From NCBI GenBank assembly GCA_964399295.1, contig CAYNQD010000001.1:152454-201943 (forward strand): DNA of 49,490 nt. Reading direction: 5' to 3'. Position 1 is the first letter of the stretch. Each line of letters begins with the position of its first letter. This stretch comes from an uncultured Candidatus Saccharibacteria bacterium. Lineage in GTDB: Bacteria; Patescibacteriota; Minisyncoccia; Phycocordibacterales; UBA918. This document shows positions 34,387 through 43,101 of this stretch, in pieces. The notes under the pieces are model-generated. The model was given only the letters and a program-made list of their open reading frames with translations, was not told the DNA's origin and searched no databases. Position numbers and translations under genes: made by a program.

Positions 34387-34503
34387 ATGAAAGTAAGATC
34401 ATCAGTTAAAAAAATGAGCCCTGATGACATCATTGTAAAGCGACGTGGTGTAGTTTTTGTTATCAACAAGAAAAAGCCTCGTCACAAGCAACGTCAAGGA
34501 TAA
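34387..34503 (+). CDS. rpmJ: 50S ribosomal protein L36, Cys-less (C-) form; not in the supplied ORF track
   Basis: My own translation gives [38 protein letters not shown] (38 aa). It sits in the canonical slot between infA and rpsM. The three zinc-ligand Cys positions are S, D and N. Confidence 0.85.
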   Translation: MKVRSSVKKMSPDDIIVKRRGVVFVINKKKPRHKQRQG

Positions 34504-34509
34504 AACAAT

Positions 34510-34887
34510 ATGAGAATTTCAGGTATCACAATTCCAGATGAAAAACATTTAGCTTACGGACTCACTACCGTTTATGGTATTGGTTTGTCTCGGGCTAAAA
34601 GTATCCTCACTGAATTAAGCATCGATCACACCGTTAAACCAACCGAGCTTTCCACCGATCAAGAAAACGCTGTTCGCGAGAAAGTTGAATCTTTCCGCAT
34701 TGAGGGAGATTTGAAGCGAGAAATAGCTTCTAATGTCAAGAGATTGAAAGACATTCAATCTTACCGCGGTTCACGTCATGCTAAGCGTCTTCCGGCTCGT
34801 GGTCAACGCACAAAGACCAACGCCAGAACTCTCAAGGGTGCCAAGAAAACTATGGGTAGCGGACGCCGTAAGCTCGAAAAGACTTAA
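34510..34887 (+). CDS. rpsM: 30S ribosomal protein S13
   Basis: MRISGITIPDEKHLAYGLTTVYGIG... and a basic C-terminus, in conserved operon position. Confidence 0.95.
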   Translation: MRISGITIPDEKHLAYGLTTVYGIGLSRAKSILTELSIDHTVKPTELSTDQENAVREKVESFRIEGDLKREIASNVKRLKDIQSYRGSRHAKRLPARGQRTKTNARTLKGAKKTMGSGRRKLEKT

Positions 34888-34915
34888 AATTTATTAGTAT
34901 TATTGCGTATTTCAT

Positions 34916-35347
34916 ATGGGTAAGAAACGTATCATTAAGAAGGGAGGTGGTTCTGATGTTTCCGGTACATCGCGAGCTTTAAATCGTATTCCAAAGCGAA
35001 AGTTGGTTACCGGTAAGCTTAGCATTTTGGCTACTTTTAATAACACTTTGCTTACACTTTGCGATCCAAAGGGTAATGCGGTGATGAGTGCTTCAAGCGG
35101 AGCTTTGGGATTTAAGGGTTCACGAAAAAGTACGCCTTTTGCGGCAGCAAAGGTGGGCGAAATTATTGGTGAGAAAGCGCAGCAAATGGGGATGAAGGAT
35201 GCTGAAGTCGTGGTTCGTGGCGTTGGTGCTGGTCGCGAATCAGCTTTGCGCGCTTTTTCCGGCAAAGGAATTGGTATTTTACGTATAGTCGATCGCACCC
35301 CGGTTCCTTTTAATGGTACACGACCACCTAAACCTCGTCGTGTTTAA
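34916..35347 (+). CDS. rpsK: 30S ribosomal protein S11
   Basis: ...ATFNNTLLTLCDPKGN....SSGALGFKGSRKSTPFAA... Confidence 0.95.
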   Translation: MGKKRIIKKGGGSDVSGTSRALNRIPKRKLVTGKLSILATFNNTLLTLCDPKGNAVMSASSGALGFKGSRKSTPFAAAKVGEIIGEKAQQMGMKDAEVVVRGVGAGRESALRAFSGKGIGILRIVDRTPVPFNGTRPPKPRRV

Positions 35348-35364
35348 TGTAATCAAATAATTTT

Positions 35365-35973
35365 ATGAAAATAGGTCCAAAATTTAAGATTGCTAAACGA
35401 CTCGGCGCGCCAATCTTTGAAAAAACTCAGTCACAAAAATTTACTCAATCACAAGCTAGAACCGGTAAGGTCAGCAATCGTCGTCCCGGGCAAATGAGTG
35501 ATTATAAGCGACAGCTGATCGAGAAGCAAAAAATGCGTTTTTCTTATGGTATTACCGAAAAGCAATTGCGTCGTTATGTGGATGAAGCGGTGGCAAAAAG
35601 CCACCAACCAATATCACTTTTGATGGAGCGCCTTGAATCCAGACTGGACAATGTCGTCTATCGTCTTGGTATGGCAAAAACTCGCCGTTTTGCTCGTCAG
35701 GTGGTGTCACATGGACATATCTTTGTGAACGGCCGACGCATATCAATACCGTCCCATCGAGTTAAGGTCGGTGATATTGTTTCTGTTCGTGAGGGCAGCA
35801 AGCAATCGGGAATTTTTGTTCAGCTGGCTGAGACACATGAAGCTGCTGGCGTACCGGCTTGGTTGGCTATTGATATTAAGAAATTGTCCGCCACAGTAAA
35901 CGCCGTACCGGTGTATAATCCTGCTGAAACTTTGTTTGATCCTGAACAAGTGATGGAATACTACAGTCGATAG
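35365..35973 (+). CDS. rpsD: 30S ribosomal protein S4
   Basis: 202 aa with an S4 RNA-binding domain (RLDNVVYRLGMAKTRRFARQVVSHGHIFVNGRR). Confidence 0.95.
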   Translation: MKIGPKFKIAKRLGAPIFEKTQSQKFTQSQARTGKVSNRRPGQMSDYKRQLIEKQKMRFSYGITEKQLRRYVDEAVAKSHQPISLLMERLESRLDNVVYRLGMAKTRRFARQVVSHGHIFVNGRRISIPSHRVKVGDIVSVREGSKQSGIFVQLAETHEAAGVPAWLAIDIKKLSATVNAVPVYNPAETLFDPEQVMEYYSR

Positions 35974-36006
35974 GATAGAGGTTATTAAGCGTAATTGTAA
36001 AAAACT

Positions 36007-36975
36007 ATGTTAGAAACAAACGTCACCCTACCTTCTAAGCCGCGAGTTGTATCAGAAGATGAATTTCGCGGAGTCTTTGAAATTGACAATCTATACCCGG
36101 GATATGGGCATACTTTAGGTAATTCTCTTCGCAGGATTATTTTATCATCACTTCCCGGAGCGGCTATTACTCAGGTGAAGATTGAGGGCGCTCAGCATGA
36201 ATTTAGTACTCTTGACGGTGTTAGAGAAGACGTAATTACTATTCTTCTAAATCTAAAAAGAGTTCGTCTTCTACTTCATGTAGATGAACCAATGACTATT
36301 ACCCTGAAAAAGAACGGTGTAGGTATGGTTACGGCTGGAGATTTGATTGTACCTTCACAGGTTGAAATTCTTAATCCGGAGCAGCCAATAGCGGAAATTA
36401 CTTCCAAGTCTACCACTCTCGAAATGGAGATTTTGGTGGAAAAAGGTCTTGGTTATGTTCCGCGGGAAGTACACCAGAAAGATAAGGTCGAAATTGGCAC
36501 TATTGCTTTGGACGCGGTCTTTACTCCTATTCGTCGAGCTAATTACGAAGTTGAAAATATGCGCGTGGGCGACCGTACCGACTACAATCGCCTTAGAGTA
36601 TCCATAGAAACAGACGGTACTTTTTCACCGCGTGAAGCTTTGGAAAAGTCTATTGAAATTATGGTACATCAGCTCAGTGCTGTTATCGGTTTTCAAGAAA
36701 ATTACACAAACAACAACAGTGCCGAAGTTGTGATTGAAAAACCGGTAGCTGATGTCAGCAGCGAACCAAGTTCAGATGTTTTGAAAACTCGTATTGAAAC
36801 TTTGGATTTTTCAACCAGAACAGCTCAAGCTTTGGAAGAGGCGAGTATCCGAACTATCGGGGGGCTTGTGCGGAAATCAAAAGATGATATTCTAGCCCTT
36901 GACGGCATAGGGCCAAAGGGACTCGAAGAAATTACCGAACTCCTAAGAAAAATGAACCTATCATTGACCGAATAA
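36007..36975 (+). CDS. rpoA: DNA-directed RNA polymerase subunit alpha
   Basis: 322 aa with the N-terminal dimerisation domain (GYGHTLGNSLRRILLSS-like) and a C-terminal alpha-CTD HhH (FSTRTAQALEEASIRTIGGL). Confidence 0.95.
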   Translation: MLETNVTLPSKPRVVSEDEFRGVFEIDNLYPGYGHTLGNSLRRIILSSLPGAAITQVKIEGAQHEFSTLDGVREDVITILLNLKRVRLLLHVDEPMTITLKKNGVGMVTAGDLIVPSQVEILNPEQPIAEITSKSTTLEMEILVEKGLGYVPREVHQKDKVEIGTIALDAVFTPIRRANYEVENMRVGDRTDYNRLRVSIETDGTFSPREALEKSIEIMVHQLSAVIGFQENYTNNNSAEVVIEKPVADVSSEPSSDVLKTRIETLDFSTRTAQALEEASIRTIGGLVRKSKDDILALDGIGPKGLEEITELLRKMNLSLTE

Positions 36976-36981
36976 AATTAT

Positions 36982-37338
36982 ATGAGACACGCAAACAAAA
37001 ATCGAACGCTAAGCCGAAACACCAGTCAACGCACTTCGTTGCTCCGCGGTCTTTCCGTATCTTTAATCAGAGATGGTAAAATCACTACCACTTTGGCCAA
37101 GGCTAAGGAGTTGCAGCCGCGAATCGAGAGGTTGGTGACTTACGCTAAAAAGGGCACAGTGGCTGCTCGCAGAGTGGTGGCCAGCCGTCTGGGTGAACCC
37201 AGCGACGCTATTATCAAAAAAATATTTTCTGAAATCGCGCCTAAATTTTCAGAAAGAAGCGGTGGTTATACTCGCGTCATAAAGATGGGACGCATGCCAT
37301 CAGGACGAGAGCAGGCCGTTATTGAATTTGTAGAATAA
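36982..37338 (+). CDS. rplQ: 50S ribosomal protein L17
   Basis: MRHANKNRTLSRNTSQRTSLLRGL... and GGYTRVIKMG. Confidence 0.95.
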   Translation: MRHANKNRTLSRNTSQRTSLLRGLSVSLIRDGKITTTLAKAKELQPRIERLVTYAKKGTVAARRVVASRLGEPSDAIIKKIFSEIAPKFSERSGGYTRVIKMGRMPSGREQAVIEFVE

Positions 37339-37343
37339 ATTAT

Positions 37344-37706
37344 ATGGAAACACAAACAACCACAAAAATTCATACAATTGATGCTACCGGCAAGCGTCTT
37401 GGTGTGTTGGCGACGGAAGTGGCGGCTATTTTGAATGGTAAAACGGCGGCTGATTTTTCAAGACATTTGGTAGCTGACGTGAAGGTGGAGATAAATAATG
37501 TCAGCAAGTTGGATATTCCGGAAGGAAAGAAAACCGAAATCTACCAAACCTACTCCGGTCATCCAGGTGGCCGCAAGACCGAAACTTTGGATCATTTGGC
37601 GACCAGGCGTGGTTATGCTGAGGTTGTGCGCCGAACCATTTCCGGTATGCTTCCAAATAATAAGCTAAAGAAAATTTTATTAAAAAACCTAGTGATTTCT
37701 GAATAA
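37344..37706 (+). CDS. rplM: 50S ribosomal protein L13 (short, 120 aa)
   Basis: IDATGKRLGVLATEVAAILNGK... YSGHPGG... MLPNNKL. Confidence 0.9.
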   Translation: METQTTTKIHTIDATGKRLGVLATEVAAILNGKTAADFSRHLVADVKVEINNVSKLDIPEGKKTEIYQTYSGHPGGRKTETLDHLATRRGYAEVVRRTISGMLPNNKLKKILLKNLVISE

Positions 37707-37709
37707 GAT

Positions 37710-38123
37710 ATGGCAACAAACACAAAATCAGTATACGTAGAGGGAATCGGTCGTCGTAAGACCGCGACGGCTAGAGTGCGTTTGGTGCCAGCGACAGCTT
37801 CTACCACTATCACTGTCAATAATAAAGCCCATACAGATTATTTTAAGCAACTAGCCTTGCAGCAAGATTTATTTTCAGTCCTTGAGACTGCTGATGCTGG
37901 AATTGAGCACTACTCAATCACGGCTAAGGTTTTGGGAGGTGGTCTGTCTGCTCAGGCTGAAGCGATCCGTCTTGGTATTGCCAGAGCTTTAGTGAAAGAA
38001 AAAGCTACTCGTCGTATTCCGCTCAAGCGTGAAGGTTTCCTCAAGCGTGACCCTCGCTCCGTGGAGCGCAAGAAGTTTGGTCTTCGCAAAGCCCGTAAGC
38101 GACCAGCCTGGTCAAAGAGATAG
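37710..38123 (+). CDS. rpsI: 30S ribosomal protein S9
   Basis: GIGRRKTATARVRL... GGGLSAQAEAIRLGIARAL... and the C-terminal KFGLRKARKRPAWSKR. Confidence 0.95.
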   Translation: MATNTKSVYVEGIGRRKTATARVRLVPATASTTITVNNKAHTDYFKQLALQQDLFSVLETADAGIEHYSITAKVLGGGLSAQAEAIRLGIARALVKEKATRRIPLKREGFLKRDPRSVERKKFGLRKARKRPAWSKR

Positions 38124-38135
38124 TCGAGATAACAG

Positions 38136-38164
38136 AAAAAGTCCTTGCAAAGGGACTTTTTTTT
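38136..38164 (+). terminator. Rho-independent terminator after rpsI
   Basis: aaaaagtcc...ggacttttt stem followed by an 8-T run (38157-38164). Confidence 0.7.
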
Positions 38165-38191
38165 GACAATAATGCTTTTTGAATTTATAAT
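38163..38191 (+). promoter_or_regulatory. Perfect consensus promoter TTGACA-17-TATAAT for grpE-dnaK-dnaJ
   Basis: TTGACA at 38163-38168 shares its two Ts with the terminator T-run. TATAAT lies at 38186-38191. ATG 38199 is 7 nt after the -10. Confidence 0.7.
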
Positions 38192-38198
38192 GCATAGC

Positions 38199-38810
38199 AT
38201 GGTGAATAAAAAGAATAAAGATAAAAATCAGGACGACTTGGAAATCACCAATGACAATATGGAAATAACAGAACCTGATTTGGAGGAAGTTGAAGCGAAA
38301 GAATTAGACATTATAAAATCATTACGAGAAAAATTAAAAGCTTGCGACGCGCACAAGAGAGAAATTCTGGAAGAATCACAGCGAGCAAAGGCGGATTTTC
38401 TTAATGCCAAGCGGAGACTGGAAGAAGATAGATTGAGAGATCGAGAGAGAGCTGTGGCTGAGCATGTGGAGCGTTTGTTGCCTTTGTGTGATAGTTTTCA
38501 GATGGCTATGTCCGACAAAAATATATGGGAAAAGGCAGATGAAAGTTGGCGCAAGGGCATGGAAGGGATATATTTACAATTGCAAAATCTGCTAAATGGC
38601 TATGGCGTAAAGCCGGTGAATCCGGTGGGGCAGGTATTTGATCCGCATAAACACGAAGCTCTTTCGATGGTGCCGGTAGTAGACAAGAATCAGCACGACA
38701 AGATAGCGAGAGTGATACAGATGGGGTATGAAATAACACGAAGCGACGGCACGGTTGAGCAAGTCCGGCCAGCTCGAGTGGAAATTGGAACTTTGGAAGA
38801 TAATAATTAA
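38199..38810 (+). CDS. grpE: Nucleotide exchange factor GrpE
   Basis: Coiled-coil N-terminus plus ...VNPVGQVFDPHKHEALSMV....IARVIQMGYE. The upstream ATGs at 38172 and 38190 fall inside the promoter, so I prefer 38199. Confidence 0.9.
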   Translation: MVNKKNKDKNQDDLEITNDNMEITEPDLEEVEAKELDIIKSLREKLKACDAHKREILEESQRAKADFLNAKRRLEEDRLRDRERAVAEHVERLLPLCDSFQMAMSDKNIWEKADESWRKGMEGIYLQLQNLLNGYGVKPVNPVGQVFDPHKHEALSMVPVVDKNQHDKIARVIQMGYEITRSDGTVEQVRPARVEIGTLEDNN

Positions 38811-38837
38811 TTTATAAATTTTGTAACAGAATAAAAT

Positions 38838-40739
38838 ATGGCAAAAATACTTGGAATTGATCTTGGTACCACCAATTCAGCGATGGCTATTATTGAAGCT
38901 GGTGAGCCAACAATTATTGAAAATAGCGACGGCAATCGCACTACGCCTTCTATTGTCGCGATTTCAAAGACGGGAGAGCGTTTGGTCGGACAGATTGCCA
39001 AAAGACAAGCCGTGACCAATCCTACAAATACCATCTACGGCATCAAGCGGTTTATGGGACACACTTTTGATGAAGGTGCAGTACAAAAGGATAAAGCTAT
39101 CGTGCCGTATGAGGTGAAGAAAGGAAGTGACGGTGGCGCTATGGTAATAATGGGCGGCAAGGACTATCGTCCAGAAGAAGTATCGGCAATGATTTTATCT
39201 AAATTAAAAGCTGACGCGGAGGCAAAGCTGGGTGAAAAAATTACTGAAGCCGTTATTACCGTGCCGGCTTATTTTAATGACACCCAGCGCAAGGCGACGC
39301 AGGATGCTGGCAAGATTGCTGGACTTGAGGTGAGGCGTATCATCAACGAGCCCACTGCGGCAGCCTTAGCTTACGGTTTTAATAAAAAGAAAGACGAGAA
39401 GATCGTGGTTTATGACTTCGGTGGTGGTACTTTTGATGTGACTGTACTGGAGGTAGGGGATGACGTGGTGGAGGTGCAGTCAACCGACGGCGACGCGCAT
39501 ATGGGTGGTCGTGATATTGACCAAGGTATAGTTCGGTTTTTGATTGATGAGTTTAAGAAAAGCAACAGTGTAGACTTGAGCAAGGATAAGCTCGCCTTGC
39601 AGCGCTTGGATGAAGCGGCTGAAAAAGCCAAGCATGACTTATCTTCCACTGCCGAGTCTGATATCAATATTCCTTTCATTTCTCAGGGTAGTGATGGTCC
39701 GTTGCACATGGATGTTAAGTTGTCGCGAGCTAAATTGGAAGATATTGCTCACGAATATATTGATCGTTCTATTGAGATTACCAAGCGAGCGCTAGAAGCT
39801 TCAGGAATTAAAAAAGAAGATGTTGATGAAATTATTTTGGTAGGCGGGCAGACCAGAATGCCGGCGATACAAAAAGCCGTAAAAGATTTGTTTGGTAAAG
39901 AGCCAAACAAGAGCGTAAATCCGGACGAGGTGGTAGCGCTTGGTGCCGCTATTCAGGCTGGTATTTTCCAAGGAGATGTGCAAGACATCACCTTGGTGGA
40001 CGTGATTCCGCTATCTCTTGGTATTGAAACCATGGGCGGGGTAAACACCAAACTAATTGAGAAAAATACTCACATCCCAACCAAAAAACAGCAAGTCTTC
40101 TCAACCGCGGCCGACAATCAAACTTCCACGGAAATTCACATCGTGCAGGGTGAGCGGCCAATGGCAACCGACAACAAATCTCTTGGTAAGTTTGTGCTCG
40201 ACGGTATTCCTCCGGCTCCGCGGGGTGTGCCGCAGGTGGAGGTCACTTTTGATGTTGATAGTAATGGCGTGCTAAACGTAACTGCTAAGGATAAATCAAC
40301 CGGTAAAGAACAGTCTATTCGGATTGAAGCTAATTCCGGTTTGAGTGAGCAGGATATTGAGCGCATGAAAAAAGAAGCGGAAGAACATGCTGGTGAAGAT
40401 GAGAAAAAGAAAGCTTTGATTGAAACTCGCAACCAAGCCGAACAGCTTATTTACACAGCGGAAAAATCCTTAAAAGAACACGGCGAAAAAATTCCCGGCG
40501 ATGTAAAAATTGAAATTGAAGATAAAATAAAGAACTTGCAGGAGGTGAAGGAAAAAGATGATAAGGCCATCATAGATGCTAAGACTGAAGAATTATCATC
40601 TTCATTGCAAAAAATCGGTGAGATTATGCAAAAGGCCAATGCCGAAGCGGCTGCTTCAGCCAGTAGCGAGTCGGCGCCGTCTGACAGCAATATTCGTGAA
40701 GCGGAAGTGACTGAAGAAAAGCCGGAAGATAAGAAGTAG
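38838..40739 (+). CDS. dnaK: Molecular chaperone DnaK (Hsp70)
   Basis: [26 protein letters not shown], and the EEVD-less acidic tail. 633 aa. Confidence 0.98.
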   Translation: MAKILGIDLGTTNSAMAIIEAGEPTIIENSDGNRTTPSIVAISKTGERLVGQIAKRQAVTNPTNTIYGIKRFMGHTFDEGAVQKDKAIVPYEVKKGSDGGAMVIMGGKDYRPEEVSAMILSKLKADAEAKLGEKITEAVITVPAYFNDTQRKATQDAGKIAGLEVRRIINEPTAAALAYGFNKKKDEKIVVYDFGGGTFDVTVLEVGDDVVEVQSTDGDAHMGGRDIDQGIVRFLIDEFKKSNSVDLSKDKLALQRLDEAAEKAKHDLSSTAESDINIPFISQGSDGPLHMDVKLSRAKLEDIAHEYIDRSIEITKRALEASGIKKEDVDEIILVGGQTRMPAIQKAVKDLFGKEPNKSVNPDEVVALGAAIQAGIFQGDVQDITLVDVIPLSLGIETMGGVNTKLIEKNTHIPTKKQQVFSTAADNQTSTEIHIVQGERPMATDNKSLGKFVLDGIPPAPRGVPQVEVTFDVDSNGVLNVTAKDKSTGKEQSIRIEANSGLSEQDIERMKKEAEEHAGEDEKKKALIETRNQAEQLIYTAEKSLKEHGEKIPGDVKIEIEDKIKNLQEVKEKDDKAIIDAKTEELSSSLQKIGEIMQKANAEAAASASSESAPSDSNIREAEVTEEKPEDKK

Positions 40740-40804
40740 GTTACTTTGCAGGTTTTGGCTGGTTGTGACATAATCAGCTTTATTAAGAGTTAAGTCACGC
40801 GCGT

Positions 40805-41878
40805 ATGAAAGATTACTATCAAGTCTTGGGTCTCCAAAAAGGAGCTTCAAAAGAAGAAGTAAAAAAGGCGTTTCGAAAACTAGCCGCTCAGTATCACCCT
40901 GATAAAAAGACGGGTGATGAAGCAAAATACAAGGAAATTACTGAAGCTTACGCGGTGTTGGGTGACGAGAAAAAGAAGGCCGAGTACGACACTTACGGAC
41001 ATTCCTTTAACAACGCTGCCGGCGGGGCTTCCGGTTTTGGCGGCTTCAACTGGGCGGATTTTGCTGGGCAGGGTGGCTTTGCTAACGGTCAGGGTTTTGA
41101 ATTTGATATCAGTGATATCTTTGAAAACTTTGGTTTTGGCGGCGGTCATTCCAAGCAAGTTCGTGGTCGGGATGTTTCCATTGAGATAAACCTCAATTTC
41201 AAAGAGTCCGTCTTTGGAACTACTCGCAAGGTGCTGATTACCAAAAATTCCCTCTGTGGTGAATGTGAAGGTAGTGGAGCCAAGAAAGGAGTGGGAATGA
41301 CCACTTGTACTACTTGCAGTGGCCACGGCAAGATTCGTGAAACTCGTCAGAGTATCATGGGTAGCTTTACCACGGTGCGCGAGTGTAGCGTTTGTCAGGG
41401 TCGTGGGGAAGTGCCTAAGGAGCGTTGTCCTCATTGTGCTGGCGCGGGAGTCAGGCGGGCTCAGGAAGAAGTGGAAATAAAAATTCCAGCCGGTATTGAA
41501 AATGGTGAAGTCGTGCGCATGACAGGGAGAGGCGAGGCGATGTCGGGCGGACAGCCTGGAGATTTGTACATCAAGCTTCATGTCGAGACAGACAAAAACA
41601 TCAAGCGTGAAGGCACGACACTGATTACCACTTTACCTATAAAATTGACCGACGCGCTTCTCGGTGGAATTTACAAGGTGGAAACTCTTGACGGTACAAT
41701 GGAATTAAAGGTTCCAGCCGGCATCATTCATGGGGAAATGCTTAGAATAAAAGAGAAAGGCGTGCCGACAGAACGCGGCCGTGGAGATTTTATGGTTAGG
41801 ATTTACGTAGAAATGCCAAAAAAACTATCTCGTAAAGCAGAAAAATTAGTAGCGGAATTGAGAGAGGAGGGGATATAA
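40805..41878 (+). CDS. dnaJ: Molecular chaperone DnaJ (type I)
   Basis: J-domain with HPD (YHPDKK), a G/F-rich linker and four CxxCxGxG repeats. Confidence 0.97.
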   Translation: MKDYYQVLGLQKGASKEEVKKAFRKLAAQYHPDKKTGDEAKYKEITEAYAVLGDEKKKAEYDTYGHSFNNAAGGASGFGGFNWADFAGQGGFANGQGFEFDISDIFENFGFGGGHSKQVRGRDVSIEINLNFKESVFGTTRKVLITKNSLCGECEGSGAKKGVGMTTCTTCSGHGKIRETRQSIMGSFTTVRECSVCQGRGEVPKERCPHCAGAGVRRAQEEVEIKIPAGIENGEVVRMTGRGEAMSGGQPGDLYIKLHVETDKNIKREGTTLITTLPIKLTDALLGGIYKVETLDGTMELKVPAGIIHGEMLRIKEKGVPTERGRGDFMVRIYVEMPKKLSRKAEKLVAELREEGI

Positions 41879-41881
41879 AAA

Positions 41882-42367
41882 ATGGACAGTACTGCCATCA
41901 TTCATTTTCTTTCGGAATCGGCCTACTTACTGATTGTCTTTTTGGTTTTTTTAGCTTTGTCAATTTTTAAAGGCCGACAGATGTTGATCAATATCATATG
42001 CGGGCTTTATTTGTCGTTATTGATTACAATTCAGTTCCCGTATTACGATGTAATTTTTGCCGGCTTAGAACAGCCAATAGTTATTGCCTCCATAAAGCTT
42101 ATTCTGTTTGCGGTGGTGACAATCTTTACCACGCTGCTGTTTAAGCGGATTATGCCAAGGGAATATGCCGAAAACAAATTTGAAAGTTTTGGCAAGAAAT
42201 TAGCTTTGGCTTTGGGCGCTACCATTCTTGTGATGATATATAGCTTTAATATTTTGCCAATATCAGAAATTCTTCCACTGGGAACCCCAATCCAAACTCT
42301 TTTTGCTCCTTCAGAATATTTCTTCTGGTGGCTGATTGCACCGCTGATAATTTTGGTTTTGGTTTGA
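41882..42367 (+). CDS. Hypothetical 4-TM membrane protein (possibly CvpA-like)
   Basis: 161 aa with four hydrophobic helices. It starts 3 nt after dnaJ and ends in a TGA stop. Confidence 0.6.
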   Translation: MDSTAIIHFLSESAYLLIVFLVFLALSIFKGRQMLINIICGLYLSLLITIQFPYYDVIFAGLEQPIVIASIKLILFAVVTIFTTLLFKRIMPREYAENKFESFGKKLALALGATILVMIYSFNILPISEILPLGTPIQTLFAPSEYFFWWLIAPLIILVLV

Positions 42368-42438
42368 GGTAAACTAAATACCGACAAGGGAGAAAACGGC
42401 TTGTTTTATGGTCTGTTTTGCGATATAGTCGATTAATT

Positions 42439-42777
42439 ATGCAACAGCATCGAATGGAAGTAGCAACAAAACCATTTAACGACATTGCTTCAGGTAAAAA
42501 GGCTATAGAAAGTCGTCTTTTTGATGAAAAGCGACAGCGGATTGCAATTGGCGACCAAATTATTTTCAATGAAAATGATAAGCCAGAAAAGAATGTTGCC
42601 ACCAAAGTGATAGGGTTATTGCGTTATCGGACTTTCAAAGAACTATTTGCCGACCATGAGCCATCACTTTTTGGCGAAGAGAGTCGCGATTTTCTTTTGA
42701 CACAGATAAGACAGTTTTATTCTGATGAGAACGAGCAGAAGTACGGTGTCGTTGGTATTCGTTGCTTGCTTGACTAG
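42439..42777 (+). CDS. ASCH (PUA-like fold) domain protein
   Basis: MEVATKPFNDIASGKKAIESRLFDEKRQRIAIGDQIIF... matches the ASCH-domain pattern. Confidence 0.7.
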   Translation: MQQHRMEVATKPFNDIASGKKAIESRLFDEKRQRIAIGDQIIFNENDKPEKNVATKVIGLLRYRTFKELFADHEPSLFGEESRDFLLTQIRQFYSDENEQKYGVVGIRCLLD

Positions 42778-42861
42778 GTGGCTTTTCTATACTTCTCAGC
42801 TTTTTGGATTCAATCAAGATAAATGGGAGGGGCGACAGAGGTGGTGGGCTTGTACACAGGG

Positions 42862-42890
42862 TTGACAAAACACACACATTTGTGTATAAG
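42862..42890 (+). promoter_or_regulatory. Putative promoter TTGACA-17-TATAAG
   Basis: TTGACA lies at 42862-42867 and TATAAG at 42885-42890. The flanking inverted repeat tgtacaca/tgtgtata could be an operator. Confidence 0.45.
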
Positions 42891-42931
42891 TAGTATTATT
42901 TACAGATAATTCGACTTTAATACTATTGCTT

Positions 42932-43087
42932 ATGAGTGGTACTGACGTGGAACAATTTGGAGTGCATCTTATGCTTGATGGCTATGGAGCCGACCCTCAC
43001 CGCCTAAAAGATAAAAATGCTTTGCTTGGCATACAGACCCGTAATCAGATGGTTTGGTATCTAGAGAAGGACATTGTTAAAGTTTAA
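42932..43087 (+). pseudogene. 51-codon remnant resembling the N-terminus of a pyruvoyl S-adenosylmethionine decarboxylase (SpeH/AdoMet_dc-like)
   Basis: My own translation gives MSGTDVEQFGVHLMLDGYGADPHRLKDKNALLGIQTRNQMVWYLEKDIVKV*. The G-x-H-L-x-x-D-x-Y-G-x-D-x-x-x-L-x-D pattern matches AdoMetDC N-termini. The rest of the fold, including the self-processing Ser, is absent. Confidence 0.35.
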
Positions 43088-43101
43088 TTAACTTTATTAA
43101 G

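Noticed and set aside
38124-38198. CIRCE/HrcA operator upstream of grpE
   Set aside because: No TTAGCACTC-N9-GAGTGCTAA-like inverted repeat is present. Only a terminator and a consensus promoter are there.
40880-41581. 233-aa ORF antisense to dnaJ
   Set aside because: It lies entirely inside the strongly supported dnaJ CDS on the opposite strand. Its composition is low-complexity and Ser/Thr/Leu-rich, which is typical of antisense frames.
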